A DNA stretch of 64,000 bases from Planctomycetota bacterium (GTDB lineage Bacteria > Planctomycetota > UBA8742 > UBA2392), in NCBI GenBank assembly GCA_025993795.1, contig JAMQHL010000034.1, positions 9,291-73,290 on the forward strand. The letters are read 5' to 3'. Shown in pieces: positions 55,082 to 64,000 of this stretch (positions are counted from its first letter, which is position 1; every line of letters begins with the position of its first letter). Position numbers and translations under genes: made by a program. The notes beneath the pieces were generated by a model. That model was not told the origin of the DNA. It was given only the letters and a program-made list of their open reading frames with translations, and made no database searches.

Positions 55082-56227
55082 ATGCCTTCGAACACACCGG
55101 TAGGCGGGACGCTGGTCAATCGCGTAGCAGCCAACGCCGCCAAACTGCGCGCGGAAGCCGAAAAGCTGCCGGCCATCACTCTGCACGCCGCCGAAGTATG
55201 GGACCTGAAGCTGCTTGCAATTGGCGGCTATTCGCCGCTGAACGGTTTCGTTAACGAGCACGACTACGCCAGTATCATCGCTCGCGGCGCATTGACCGAC
55301 GGCACACCGTGGACCGTGCCGATCACGCTGGGTGTGCCGGGCGCGGGCAAGCTCGCGGCAGGCGGCCGCGCCGCGCTGAAAGACGAGCAGGGCAACCTGC
55401 TGGGCGCCATTTCCATCCAGCAGCTCTATCCGCGCCGCCTTGAGGACGAAGCCAAGGGCGTGTTCAAGACACTCGACGAAGCGCACCCCGGCGTGGCTCG
55501 CATTCGGGCCGCCGGCCAGACCCTGGTTGCCGGCGAAGTAGACGTGCTGCCCGACACCCTTCCCGCCACTGAGCAGGGCCTGATCTACAAGCCGGCCGAG
55601 GTTCGCGCCGAGATCGACAAGCGCGGCTGGAAGTCGATTGTCGCGTTCCAGACCCGCAACCCGATTCACCGCGCGCACGAATACCTGCTGCGCACCGCGC
55701 TGGAGACGGCGGACGGCCTGCTGATTCACCCGCTGGTCGGCGAGACGAAAAGCGACGACATTCCGGCTGTCGTGCGCACCGCGTGCTACCGAACACTGAT
55801 TGAGAAGTACTTTCCCAAGGAGCGCGTGATCCTGGCTGCCCTGCCCGCGCCGATGCGCTATGCGGGGCCGAAAGAGGCGATTCATCACGCCCTGATGCGG
55901 CGCAACTATGGTGCCACGCACTTCATTGTCGGGCGCGACCATGCAGGCGTCGGCAACTATTACGGCACCTATGACGCGCAGCAGATATTTGAGACGTACA
56001 GCCCGGGCACGCTGGGCATCGTCAACCTGAACTTCGAGCACTCGTTCTGGTGCAACGGCGTCGGCGGTTACGCGACCAGCAAGACCAGCCCGTTCGGCAA
56101 AGAGCAGCAGCTGACTATCAGCGGCACGAAGCTGCGCGAACTGCTGGCAAAGGGTGAGTACCCGCCCGCCGAGATCGTGCGCCCCGAACTGGCCGAGATC
56201 CTGATGGCCTACTACAAGACTCTGTGA
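55082..56227 (+). CDS. sat: Sulfate adenylyltransferase (ATP sulfurylase)
   Basis: GGYSPLNGF, FQTRNPIHRAHEY, MRYAGPKEA, HFIVGRDHAG, ISGTKLR. Confidence 0.96.
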   Translation: MPSNTPVGGTLVNRVAANAAKLRAEAEKLPAITLHAAEVWDLKLLAIGGYSPLNGFVNEHDYASIIARGALTDGTPWTVPITLGVPGAGKLAAGGRAALKDEQGNLLGAISIQQLYPRRLEDEAKGVFKTLDEAHPGVARIRAAGQTLVAGEVDVLPDTLPATEQGLIYKPAEVRAEIDKRGWKSIVAFQTRNPIHRAHEYLLRTALETADGLLIHPLVGETKSDDIPAVVRTACYRTLIEKYFPKERVILAALPAPMRYAGPKEAIHHALMRRNYGATHFIVGRDHAGVGNYYGTYDAQQIFETYSPGTLGIVNLNFEHSFWCNGVGGYATSKTSPFGKEQQLTISGTKLRELLAKGEYPPAEIVRPELAEILMAYYKTL

Positions 56228-56254
56228 TCGACCCCGGGCGCACGTAGGACAAGC

Positions 56255-56284
56255 AAACGGCAGGGCCAATTGGCCCTGCCGTTT
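56255..56284. terminator. Perfect 30-bp palindrome; probable bidirectional terminator
   Basis: AAACGGCAGGGCCAATTGGCCCTGCCGTTT between convergent sat and HD genes. Confidence 0.8.
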
Positions 56285-56301
56285 TCAATCCGGTCTGCTG
56301 C

Positions 56302-57921
56302 TTACTGGGTCAGGATTCTTTCGCGGCGCTTGGCGAGTTCCTGGCGGTACTTCTCGCGGGCATCCAGCGCGGCCTTGCGTTTGTCCTTGTCCGGGTCATC
56401 GGGGTACTTCACGCGATGGTGGTACATGCTGGCCAGGCTCTTTGCCAGCGAGTCTTCGACAACTTTCCACTCCGCGATCGTGATGTGGCACTCATCAAAC
56501 TGGCCATCGAGCAGCTTGTCGATGATCGCAGTGTGGACCATGGTCCGGATATCTTCCGGATGTGTCACGCCGCCCGCGAAGCGGCTTCGTGCCGTGGCCT
56601 CCACCTGGTCGGCGATGGCGGCAATGGCGCTTTCCTTGCGCTGGGGCTTGGGACCGGGGTAGCGAAACTGCCCGGCCTCGATTGTTTCGCCCTCGCGCAT
56701 CTGTTCTTTGGCTTTGTAGTAGAAGTACTTGATGACGCTGGTGCCGTGGTGGCCGGTGATAAAGTCTTCAAGAATCGGTGGCAGCTTGGCCTTGCGCGCC
56801 ATCAGCACGCCGTCGCTGACGTGGCTCAAAATGACCAGCGCCGACATCATCGGGCTGAGCCTGTCGTGCAGCAGCTTTGACTCGGGCTCGTTTTCAGTGA
56901 AGTACTCGGGTCGCACCATCTTTCCCAGGTCGTGAAACTTGATGCCGACTTCACCCAGCAGCGCATTGGCGCCGATGGCCTGGCACGCCCGCTTGGTAAA
57001 GTTGGCGACGTTCTGCGTGTGCTGCCAGGTGCCCGGCGCGCGCTGCTGCATCAGCGTGATCAGCGGGTGCTCGCCTTCCAGCAGTTCAATCAGGCGCAGG
57101 TCGGTAGTGATGCTGAACACGCGCTCAAACACCGGCAGCAGAAACGTGCTGAACACGCCGACTGCGGCGCCGATCACCAGTGCGCCGGCGGCCCAGAACA
57201 AGAGCCGAACCCAGGTGAACTCGCCCGCTGTTGACCAAACGCGCTCAACGCCGATCAGCCACAGCGCCACCACAATCAGCGCCGCCGCAACTCCGCCAGC
57301 CACACCCACCAGCGCCAGCTTGTAGCGCGATCGCAGGTTGCGCGTGAACAGCACGGCAGTCAGCGCGCCGGCCAGGGCAACCGTCAATGGAATCGGCTGG
57401 AACTCGTCGGCAGAAATCAGAACCACGGCATTGGCCAGCGTAGTGAACAACAGGGCGTCGATGGCAAAACGCTGGTCGAAGACCACGGCATAGGCGATGC
57501 CGCACAGCAGCAGCACGCCAAAAAGCACGCCCGGCGTAACCGCCGACTGAAGCATTTCGGGCGCACGTTCGGCCCCGATGACCGCAACTGCCTGGGTGAT
57601 CGCCGCGCTGAGCAGAACGCTGGACGCATAGAACATCTGCTTTCGGCGCTCGCCGAACAGCTCGACCCGGAAGCGCGAAAGATAGAAGCCATACAACGCC
57701 ACAAACCCGATGACGAGCATTGCCTGGCCGGCGATGCGGGCGGGATTCAGGTTGTCGTAGGGGGCAAGAATCACGCCGATCATGAGCAGCGTGAACGTGG
57801 CTGCACCGACTACGCGGGGCGTCCAGATCGCCCAGTCGATAGCCGTCTGCGAGCGCTCGTGCTCGCCGAGGCGTTGCTCAATGAGATCGAGTTTGCGCTC
57901 TTCCAGGTCGGAAAACGCCAT
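56302..57921 (-). CDS. 7TM-HD (HDIG) family metal-dependent phosphohydrolase, PgpH-like
   Basis: Multiple TMs, then APGTWQH, FHDLGK..PEYFTEN, HHGTS, FRYPGPKPQ, IADQVEA. Confidence 0.88.
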   Translation of the reverse strand: MAFSDLEERKLDLIEQRLGEHERSQTAIDWAIWTPRVVGAATFTLLMIGVILAPYDNLNPARIAGQAMLVIGFVALYGFYLSRFRVELFGERRKQMFYASSVLLSAAITQAVAVIGAERAPEMLQSAVTPGVLFGVLLLCGIAYAVVFDQRFAIDALLFTTLANAVVLISADEFQPIPLTVALAGALTAVLFTRNLRSRYKLALVGVAGGVAAALIVVALWLIGVERVWSTAGEFTWVRLLFWAAGALVIGAAVGVFSTFLLPVFERVFSITTDLRLIELLEGEHPLITLMQQRAPGTWQHTQNVANFTKRACQAIGANALLGEVGIKFHDLGKMVRPEYFTENEPESKLLHDRLSPMMSALVILSHVSDGVLMARKAKLPPILEDFITGHHGTSVIKYFYYKAKEQMREGETIEAGQFRYPGPKPQRKESAIAAIADQVEATARSRFAGGVTHPEDIRTMVHTAIIDKLLDGQFDECHITIAEWKVVEDSLAKSLASMYHHRVKYPDDPDKDKRKAALDAREKYRQELAKRRERILTQ

Positions 57922-58049
57922 GCGTTCTTCCGTGATTACCCACCAAGGGGCACCCCGCAAGTATAGCAAAGAAGGTGCGACGTCTAGGTGCTAGTCGGTG
58001 GCCCGGTTAGTGCGCGCTAGAAGTTGCGTCGCAGGCACCGGCGCGATGG

Positions 58050-58484
58050 CTACTCGAACTTGAACTTGTCGATGACTGCAAGCAACTGGCTCAGGTCGTC
58101 GTCGCTGACATCGCCAAGCACACGGTTGAGCAGCTTTTCAAACTCAGGGTCGATGCGGGCCAGTTGCCGCTGCCCTGCGCTGGTGATCTCGACCAGGTTC
58201 TTGCGGCGGTCGGAGTGTCCCCGGCGCCGGATCAGCCGCCGCACTTCCAGCTTGTCCAGAATCCATGTCGTGTTCGCGCGCGAAGCGATCAGCCTTTCCG
58301 CCAGTTCAGCCTGGGTCAGTGACTCGCCGCGTTTGTCGGCGCCGCGCAGTACGCGCAACGCGTTGTACTGGCTTTCCGTAAGTTCAAAGCGGCGTACAAC
58401 GGCTGTGACTGCCCGAAACAACCGGTTGGCGGTGAACACCATGCGTGCGACGGCGCGGCTGCGTTTCAGGTAGGTATCATCCAT
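58050..58484 (-). CDS. MarR family transcriptional regulator
   Basis: LTESQYNAL, LTQAELAE, ILDKLE..LIRR..DRRKNLVEIT..G. Confidence 0.93.
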   Translation of the reverse strand: MDDTYLKRSRAVARMVFTANRLFRAVTAVVRRFELTESQYNALRVLRGADKRGESLTQAELAERLIASRANTTWILDKLEVRRLIRRRGHSDRRKNLVEITSAGQRQLARIDPEFEKLLNRVLGDVSDDDLSQLLAVIDKFKFE

Positions 58485-58502
58485 GGCAAGATCGCTCCAT
58501 TG

Positions 58503-58524
58503 TGAATGATTCTATGATCATTCA
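58503..58524. promoter_or_regulatory. Candidate MarR operator overlapping the marR -10 box
   Basis: TGAATGAT-N6-ATCATTCA; minus-strand TAGAAT at 58509-58514. Confidence 0.6.
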
Positions 58525-58625
58525 ATGTCGATGGAATGCCGGCACGGCACACGCCACCACGGCATCCGGAGTGCATGCCGCACGCCCGCAAGACGCCGGC
58601 ATCGCGCCGTGATACAGTCAGCGCG

Positions 58626-61600
58626 ATGCCCGTGGCCGCATACTCCGACAAGAAACACAAGCTTGACTACTCGCGCCTGCGCCGGTTGCTCAAGGGTTCG
58701 GTCCGCGACGACGAGATTGCCCGCGCTCTCTACGCCAGCAGCGCCAGCGTCGTCGAGGTGTGGCCCAGCTGCATCATCGAGCCGGTCGATGCCGACGACG
58801 TGACGCGCGCCATGCAGTTCGCCCGCGAGCACCAGGTGCCCGTCACCTGCCGCGGCGCCGGCTCGGGCGTTGCCGGCCAGTCGCTGGGCCAGGGCATCAT
58901 CCTTGACTTCAGCGTCCACATGCGCCGGACCCTTGAGGTCAACCCATCGGCTCAATATGCGCGCGTACAGCCGGGTGTCGTCAAAGACGACTTTGACGCC
59001 GAGCTTGGCGGCTTCAACATGTTCTGGCCACCCGACCCCAGCAGCAGCCCGTGGTGCACGGTGGGCGCAATGGTCAGCAACAACAGCGGCGGCGCCAAGT
59101 CAATCCGCTGGGGCACGGCCAAGGACTATCTGCTGGAACTCGACGTGCTGCTGGCATCAGGGGAGCGCGTGAAACTGCGCCCGCTGGATGTGCATGCCGA
59201 CGGGCGAATTGAGTTTCCTGCCGACGCCGATGACGTCGAACGGCGCCTGGCGCAGGCCGTACTTCAACTGGCCACGGACAACGCCGGCTTGCTGCACAGT
59301 CAGCGGCCTGAGGCCACGCGCAGTAGCAGCGGCTACAACCTGTTTGAAGTGCTGCGAGCCCCCATTGTCGGCGACATCCAGCGCTATTACCCGCGCGTGG
59401 AGACCGACCCAGAGATCGGCAAAGGCAGGCCCGGCGTGCTGGATATGCCGCGGCTGTTCAGCGGCAGTGAGGGCACGCTGGGCATATTGCTTGAGGCGCG
59501 GCTGCGCGTGCTGAACTTGCCGCGCAAGCAGGCGGGCCTGACGCTGTACTTTGACAGCAACGAGAAAATGGCGCAGGGCGTGGTCAAGCTGCTGCCGACA
59601 CGGCCCACCAAGCTCGAGGTGCTCGACCGCAGCTTCATCGACGTGGCGGCAAAGTCCGACCCGAGACTGGGGCAGGGGATACCCGACAAGTTGCAGAGCA
59701 TGCTGATCGTTGAGTACTGGGACGACACCGCCGAAGCCACACGCGCCAGCGTCGATGCCGCCCTTGCCGCATGCTTGAGAGACGGCCCCGCCTTCGGCGG
59801 CGAGCCCGCCTACGACGCCAAAGGGCTCGATCGCGCCTGGACCGTGCGCAAGGTCGCCAGCCCGATCCTGAGCCGCGTAAAGGGCGACCTGAAGCCGACA
59901 CGCTGGATTGAAGATTGCGCCGTGCCGCCCTGGAAGCTGCCTGAGTTCATCGCCAGCTTTAAGGCAATCTGTGAGCGAAACGGTTTCACCGCCCACCTGT
60001 TCGGCCATGGCGGCGAGGGCAACCTGCACGTCAACCCGTTTGCCAACACCAAAGATGAAGGCCACCGCGAACGCATGCGCAAGGCGGCCGACGAAGTGTT
60101 TGCCATGGTCAAGGGTTTGAACGGCACGATCAGCGGCGAGCACGGCGACGGCATCATGCGCAGCCCCTACCTCAAGCAGATGTACGGCGACGTCTACCCG
60201 TTGTTCGTGAACGTCAAAGAACTGTTCGACGAACGCTACCTGCTGAACCCGCTGTGTAAGGTGATCTACCGGGGCGATGAAACAGCTTCCACCGAACGCA
60301 CCATCACCAGCTTCCTGCGCGTCGGCGACAAGTACGACCGCGTCACCACTGGCACCATTCTGGACACACCAGCCGTGCAGGAAGAGATCGAGAAGTGCCA
60401 CGGCTGCGGCAAGTGCCGCAACTACTGCCCGCTGATGCGCGTCGGCAAAGACGAGAAGTACAGCGCGCGCGCCAAGGCCAACCTGCTGCGCGGCGTCATC
60501 AGCGGGCGCCTTGACGCCACGCTGCTGACCGACGCCGAGTTCAAAGCCAACCTCGACCTGTGCATCTCGTGCGGGCAATGCCTGGTCGAGTGTCCGACGC
60601 AGGTGGACATTCCCGGTATCGCGATGCGCTTTCGCGACCAGTATGTCGAGCGCAAGGGCAAGGGCGGCGCCGTCGCCGACATGCTCAGCAAGCCCGACAA
60701 AATGGGCCGCCGCGGACAAACCATCGCGGGCATCAGCAACAGCATGCTCAAGAACCGCTTCGTGCGCGGGCTGGCGCAGAAGATCACAGGACTGGACGAG
60801 CGCCGCAAGCTGCCCCGGTTCCACACGTCCCGTGGCGTGGCAAAGCTCAAGCCGCTGGATGTGCCCGCCGACGTCCGCGCGAACATGCCAGCCGAGGTGG
60901 TGGTGTTTCCGGGCTGCTTTGCCGAGTACTACGACCCCGACGGCGAGAAGAACACGCTGATCGAGATCATGCACGCGCTGGGAGTGACCGTGCACGCGCC
61001 CGAGCTGAACTGCTGCGGTATCAGCCGCATCACCCAGGGCGACAGTCGGGGTGCCGCGCGCGAACTGACCGAGAACGTACAGAAGCTGGTCAAGCCCGCG
61101 GGGCGCGGTGCAAGAATCGTATTCAGCGCGCCGAGTTGCCTGCTGGCAGCCAAGCATGAGTGGGCGCGTATTGTCGGCACGGCCGACGCGCAGGTGGTTG
61201 CAGGCGCCTGTATCGACGCGCACGAGCTGCTGCTGGGCATTTTCCGTGCGCCCGCGATGTGTCGCCAGCTTGTGCCCTTGACGCGTAAAGTCGCCTGGCA
61301 CGAGCCCTGCCACAGTAAGGTGCTCGCGGTAGGCAACGCAGCGCGCGAGCTGGTGGACCTGCTGGATCACGCCTCGACGGTGAATCTGCAGGCGGGCTGC
61401 TGCGGGCTAAGCGGCACGTTCGGACTCAAGACCGACAACTTCGATATGTCGATGAAGATTGGCAGCACGCTGTTCAATCGCATCAACCGCGAGAAGCCGG
61501 ATGTGGTTACCACAAGCTGCGGCATCTGCCAGACGCAGATCCAGCAGGGCGTGCAGACCAGCGAAGACGGCAAACAGGGCGTGCAGCTCGCGCACCCGCT

Positions 61601-61634
61601 GCGGCTGCTGTACGAGGCGCTGCCCAAGGCCTAA
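58626..61634 (+). CDS. FAD-linked, Fe-S/CCG-domain oxidoreductase (GlcD/GlcF, YdiJ-like fusion)
   Basis: RGAGSG, PDPSS, GSEGTLG, GHGGEGNLH, SGEHGDG, CHGCGKC, CISCGQC..CP, two CCG motifs. Confidence 0.92.
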   Translation: MPVAAYSDKKHKLDYSRLRRLLKGSVRDDEIARALYASSASVVEVWPSCIIEPVDADDVTRAMQFAREHQVPVTCRGAGSGVAGQSLGQGIILDFSVHMRRTLEVNPSAQYARVQPGVVKDDFDAELGGFNMFWPPDPSSSPWCTVGAMVSNNSGGAKSIRWGTAKDYLLELDVLLASGERVKLRPLDVHADGRIEFPADADDVERRLAQAVLQLATDNAGLLHSQRPEATRSSSGYNLFEVLRAPIVGDIQRYYPRVETDPEIGKGRPGVLDMPRLFSGSEGTLGILLEARLRVLNLPRKQAGLTLYFDSNEKMAQGVVKLLPTRPTKLEVLDRSFIDVAAKSDPRLGQGIPDKLQSMLIVEYWDDTAEATRASVDAALAACLRDGPAFGGEPAYDAKGLDRAWTVRKVASPILSRVKGDLKPTRWIEDCAVPPWKLPEFIASFKAICERNGFTAHLFGHGGEGNLHVNPFANTKDEGHRERMRKAADEVFAMVKGLNGTISGEHGDGIMRSPYLKQMYGDVYPLFVNVKELFDERYLLNPLCKVIYRGDETASTERTITSFLRVGDKYDRVTTGTILDTPAVQEEIEKCHGCGKCRNYCPLMRVGKDEKYSARAKANLLRGVISGRLDATLLTDAEFKANLDLCISCGQCLVECPTQVDIPGIAMRFRDQYVERKGKGGAVADMLSKPDKMGRRGQTIAGISNSMLKNRFVRGLAQKITGLDERRKLPRFHTSRGVAKLKPLDVPADVRANMPAEVVVFPGCFAEYYDPDGEKNTLIEIMHALGVTVHAPELNCCGISRITQGDSRGAARELTENVQKLVKPAGRGARIVFSAPSCLLAAKHEWARIVGTADAQVVAGACIDAHELLLGIFRAPAMCRQLVPLTRKVAWHEPCHSKVLAVGNAARELVDLLDHASTVNLQAGCCGLSGTFGLKTDNFDMSMKIGSTLFNRINREKPDVVTTSCGICQTQIQQGVQTSEDGKQGVQLAHPLRLLYEALPKA

Positions 61635-61732
61635 GTCGCATTCAGTTGTGGTTTGCAGTACTCGATGAGGCTGGAGTAACTACAGGCGCTTTCTCGCGCC
61701 TTGCGTGCGCTGCGGACTAATCCAGAGTTGCT

Positions 61733-62644
61733 CTATCCCGCGCGTGGATGAAACTTCAGCATCACGGAGCGCAGGCGCTTCTGGTCAACGTGCGTGTAGA
61801 TCTGCGTTGTGCTGATGCTGACGTGCCCCAGCATTTCCTGCACGCTGCGAATGTCAGCCCCGCCCTCAAGCAGGTGCGTTGCAAAACAGTGGCGCAGGGT
61901 GTGCGGGTGCACCACCGCCGGGTTTATTCCCGCCTGCTGCGCGTAGATCTTGACCAGGTCCCAGACGCGCGTGCGCGACAGGCGCCGCCCGTTCTTGGAA
62001 AGGTACACGAAGTCGCTGGGCTTGCGCGCCATGGCCGGGCGCCCACGCTCAAGCCAGCGGCGCACTTCGCCCGCGGCACTTGCGGAAATGGGAACAATCC
62101 GTTCCTTGTTGCCCTTGCCGCGCACGGACAGATATCCCGAATCCAGGTGCAGCTTGTTCAGCGTCAGGTCGCAGACCTCGCTGACGCGCGCGCCCGTGGC
62201 ATACAGCGTCTGCAGCAAAGCCCGGTCGCGCAGCACCAGCGGCTCGTCGCCCGTCGGCGCATCCAGCAGCGCATTCACCTGCTCAAGGTCAAGGTAGTCC
62301 GGCAGCGTGTGCATCACCTTGGGCGGCATCAGGTGCTGGGCCGGGTCGGCATCGGTCTTGAGCTCGACGCTGGCAAACCTGAAGAACATCCGTATCGCAG
62401 ACACCCGCCGGGCCACGGTGCGGTCAGCAAGCTGCTCGTTGCGCTGCGACGACAGAAATGCCGTCAAATGCTCCGGGATCACGTGCGCGCTTTCATGCAC
62501 GCCACGGCGAAAGCAGAACTCAAGCAAAAGCTCAAGGTCCCGCCTGTAAGCAGCAAGAGTGTTCTCGGCAAGCCCGCACTCATAGCGCAGGTAGTCAAGA
62601 AACGCCTCAAGCAGCGTGCGCAATTCGCAGGAACCACCACCCAT
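61733..62644 (-). CDS. xerD: Site-specific tyrosine recombinase
   Basis: LYATGARVSE, GKGNKERIVP, HPHTLRHCFATHLLEGGAD..VQEMLGH..TTQIYTHV; start approximate. Confidence 0.9.
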   Translation of the reverse strand: MGGGSCELRTLLEAFLDYLRYECGLAENTLAAYRRDLELLLEFCFRRGVHESAHVIPEHLTAFLSSQRNEQLADRTVARRVSAIRMFFRFASVELKTDADPAQHLMPPKVMHTLPDYLDLEQVNALLDAPTGDEPLVLRDRALLQTLYATGARVSEVCDLTLNKLHLDSGYLSVRGKGNKERIVPISASAAGEVRRWLERGRPAMARKPSDFVYLSKNGRRLSRTRVWDLVKIYAQQAGINPAVVHPHTLRHCFATHLLEGGADIRSVQEMLGHVSISTTQIYTHVDQKRLRSVMLKFHPRAG

Positions 62645-62720
62645 GCAGACCCCCGGCGGACATCGCCAATAGGGTTGATCGGTTGAACCGGGGCACCGGG
62701 TTGAGGGGAAACGCAAAGCC

Positions 62721-62738
62721 GCGGGCCAATTGGCCCGC
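62721..62738. terminator. Palindromic hairpin downstream of tsf
   Basis: GCGGGCCAATTGGCCCGC. Confidence 0.55.
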
Positions 62739-62767
62739 AGCGTGTGCGTACTGTGCTGATTTACGTC

Positions 62768-63610
62768 TTACGCCTCGCCGACCTTGATGCGGGCAAAGGC
62801 TGCAAGCTTGAGCCCGGCGCCAGTGTTCTTGACGTGCTGTTCCACGTTAACGCTGGGGTCTTTCACGAAGGGCTGGGCCAGCAGGGTGTTTTCCTTGAAG
62901 TAGGCGCTGACTTTGCCGTCGGCGATCTTCTCCTGGATGTTTGCGGGCTTGCCGCTCTGCTTGGCCTGCTCAAGGGCTATCTCTTTCTCGCGCGCAATGA
63001 CGTCGGCCGGAACGTCGGCCTGGGTCAGTCCGATCGGGTTGGTCGCGGCCACGTGCATGGCGATGTCTTTGGCAAGTGCCTTCTCTGCGTCGGTTTCGCC
63101 CTTGCCGCCGGTGATCTTGACCAGCACGCCCAGCTTGCCGTCGCTGTGGATGTAGCTGCCGAAGAAGCCGTCGCCGTCAATCTTCATCAGCGACGATTTG
63201 CCAAGCTGCATGTTCTCTCCGGTCTTGGCGACCAGCGCCCTGATGGCGTCGGCAACGCTGCCACCTTGCGGGTGCTTCAGCTCAGCAATGTCGCCTCGGC
63301 CCGCCACTGCGGCGTCGGCGATGCCCTGCACCAGCTTTTTGAACTCGTCGTTGTTGGCGGTGAAGTCGGTCTCGGTGCTCAGGCTGACCAACGCGGCCTG
63401 CTTGCCGCCAGCCATGGCGATGGCGACCTTGCCTTCCGCAGTCTCGCGGCCGGCGCGCTTGGCGGCTTTGACTTCGCCCTTCTTGCGCAGTTCGTCAATG
63501 GCCTTCTCAACATCACCGCCGAACTCTTCAAGGGCGCGCTTGGCGTCCATCATGCCGCAGCCCGTGCGTTCGCGAAGTTCCTTGATCAGTGCAACCGTAA
63601 TCTCTGCCAT
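62768..63610 (-). CDS. tsf: Translation elongation factor Ts
   Basis: IKELRERTGCGMMDAKRAL, ETDF, IAMHVAA, LLAQPFVKD. Confidence 0.98.
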   Translation of the reverse strand: MAEITVALIKELRERTGCGMMDAKRALEEFGGDVEKAIDELRKKGEVKAAKRAGRETAEGKVAIAMAGGKQAALVSLSTETDFTANNDEFKKLVQGIADAAVAGRGDIAELKHPQGGSVADAIRALVAKTGENMQLGKSSLMKIDGDGFFGSYIHSDGKLGVLVKITGGKGETDAEKALAKDIAMHVAATNPIGLTQADVPADVIAREKEIALEQAKQSGKPANIQEKIADGKVSAYFKENTLLAQPFVKDPSVNVEQHVKNTGAGLKLAAFARIKVGEA

Positions 63611-63632
63611 GTCTCGTCCTCAAAAAAAGGCT

Positions 63633-63705
63633 TGGCCCACAAGGGTAACGAAGCTCACGAAGAAATGACCGTATCTCGTGCTCGTTCGTGTCCTTCGTGG
63701 GGCCA
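63633..63705. repeat. REP-like imperfect inverted repeat between rpsB and tsf
   Basis: TGGCCCACAAGGGTAACGAA ... TTCGTGTCCTTCGTGGGGCCA. Confidence 0.6.
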
Positions 63706-63746
63706 GGCAATTTGCAGTTCCATGCTCTGATTCAACGATTCCCGGA

Positions 63747-63998
63747 TCAGCCTTCGGCCTTGGGCGTCTCCGCTGCCGGGGCCGCTGCCGCGTCGGGCTT
63801 GCGGGCCGGCGGCTTGCGACGCACGGTTGGCGCCGGTGCCTTGTCGGCCTGCGATTCGGCTTCCTTGACCGCCTGCTCGGCGGTGGCGTCGATCTGGGCC
63901 TTCTGCTCGGCGCTGCGTGGTTTGCCGCGACCGGCGCGTTCGCGCTGCGGGCGGCGAGCGGGCTTTTCCTGGCGCGCGCGGGTTGGCTGGTCGTCAAA
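63747..63998 (-). CDS. C-terminal low-complexity tail of probable 30S ribosomal protein S2 (5'-truncated)
   Basis: Open frame to the window edge (…PAAETPKAEG*); identity inferred only from the conserved rpsB-tsf order. Confidence 0.55.
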   Translation of the reverse strand, partial: FDDQPTRARQEKPARRPQRERAGRGKPRSAEQKAQIDATAEQAVKEAESQADKAPAPTVRRKPPARKPDAAAAPAAETPKAEG

Positions 63999-64000
63999 GG

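Noticed and set aside
61733-62644. Tyrosine recombinase as a mobile-element integrase
   Set aside because: Canonical XerD length and motifs among housekeeping genes; no att sites or phage/ICE genes
62704-62735. GGGGAAACGCAAAGCCGCGGGCC resembles part of a c-di-GMP-I riboswitch
   Set aside because: The GGCAAACC..GAAA P-elements are missing and it is antisense to both flanking genes; better explained as the tsf terminator region

Overview
High-GC (roughly two-thirds GC by eye) bacterial chromosomal window. lpxA points to a diderm. The futalosine genes, PilM-PilN fusion, several secreted alpha/alpha-toroid proteins and zinc-ribbon membrane protein suggest Planctomycetota/PVC (inference only). 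Housekeeping genes: birA, mnmG, lpxA, alr, gpmI-pgi, mqnA/mqnC, cysC-sat, xerD, tsf, probable rpsB tail, and tRNA-Ala(GGC). The best candidates for uncharacterised systems are: (1) an actin-fold ATPase with a ~350-aa acidic disordered N-tail, followed by a helix-linker-coiled-coil partner upstream of lpxA; (2) a tightly coupled type IV pilus/T2SS-like operon headed by a double-FHA membrane protein and preceded by a membrane class III cyclase, with no secretin or motor; (3) a cluster of three secreted alpha/alpha-toroid proteins, one with four PDZ domains inserted inside a QW repeat, plus an orphan HlyD-type adaptor; (4) a c-di-AMP (ydaO) riboswitch with a clear promoter ahead of a Ktr/Trk K+ system, with a 7TM-HD phosphodiesterase elsewhere in the window; (5) a Thr-nucleophile sulfatase-fold protein divergent from the PAPS-making genes. 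Also seen: an unannotated 34-aa basic peptide, a degenerate BshC-like protein, repeated leaderless-mRNA signatures and heptamer-based intergenic inverted repeats. No CRISPR array, IS element or prophage was seen. All family calls come from motif recognition by eye; no database searches were run.
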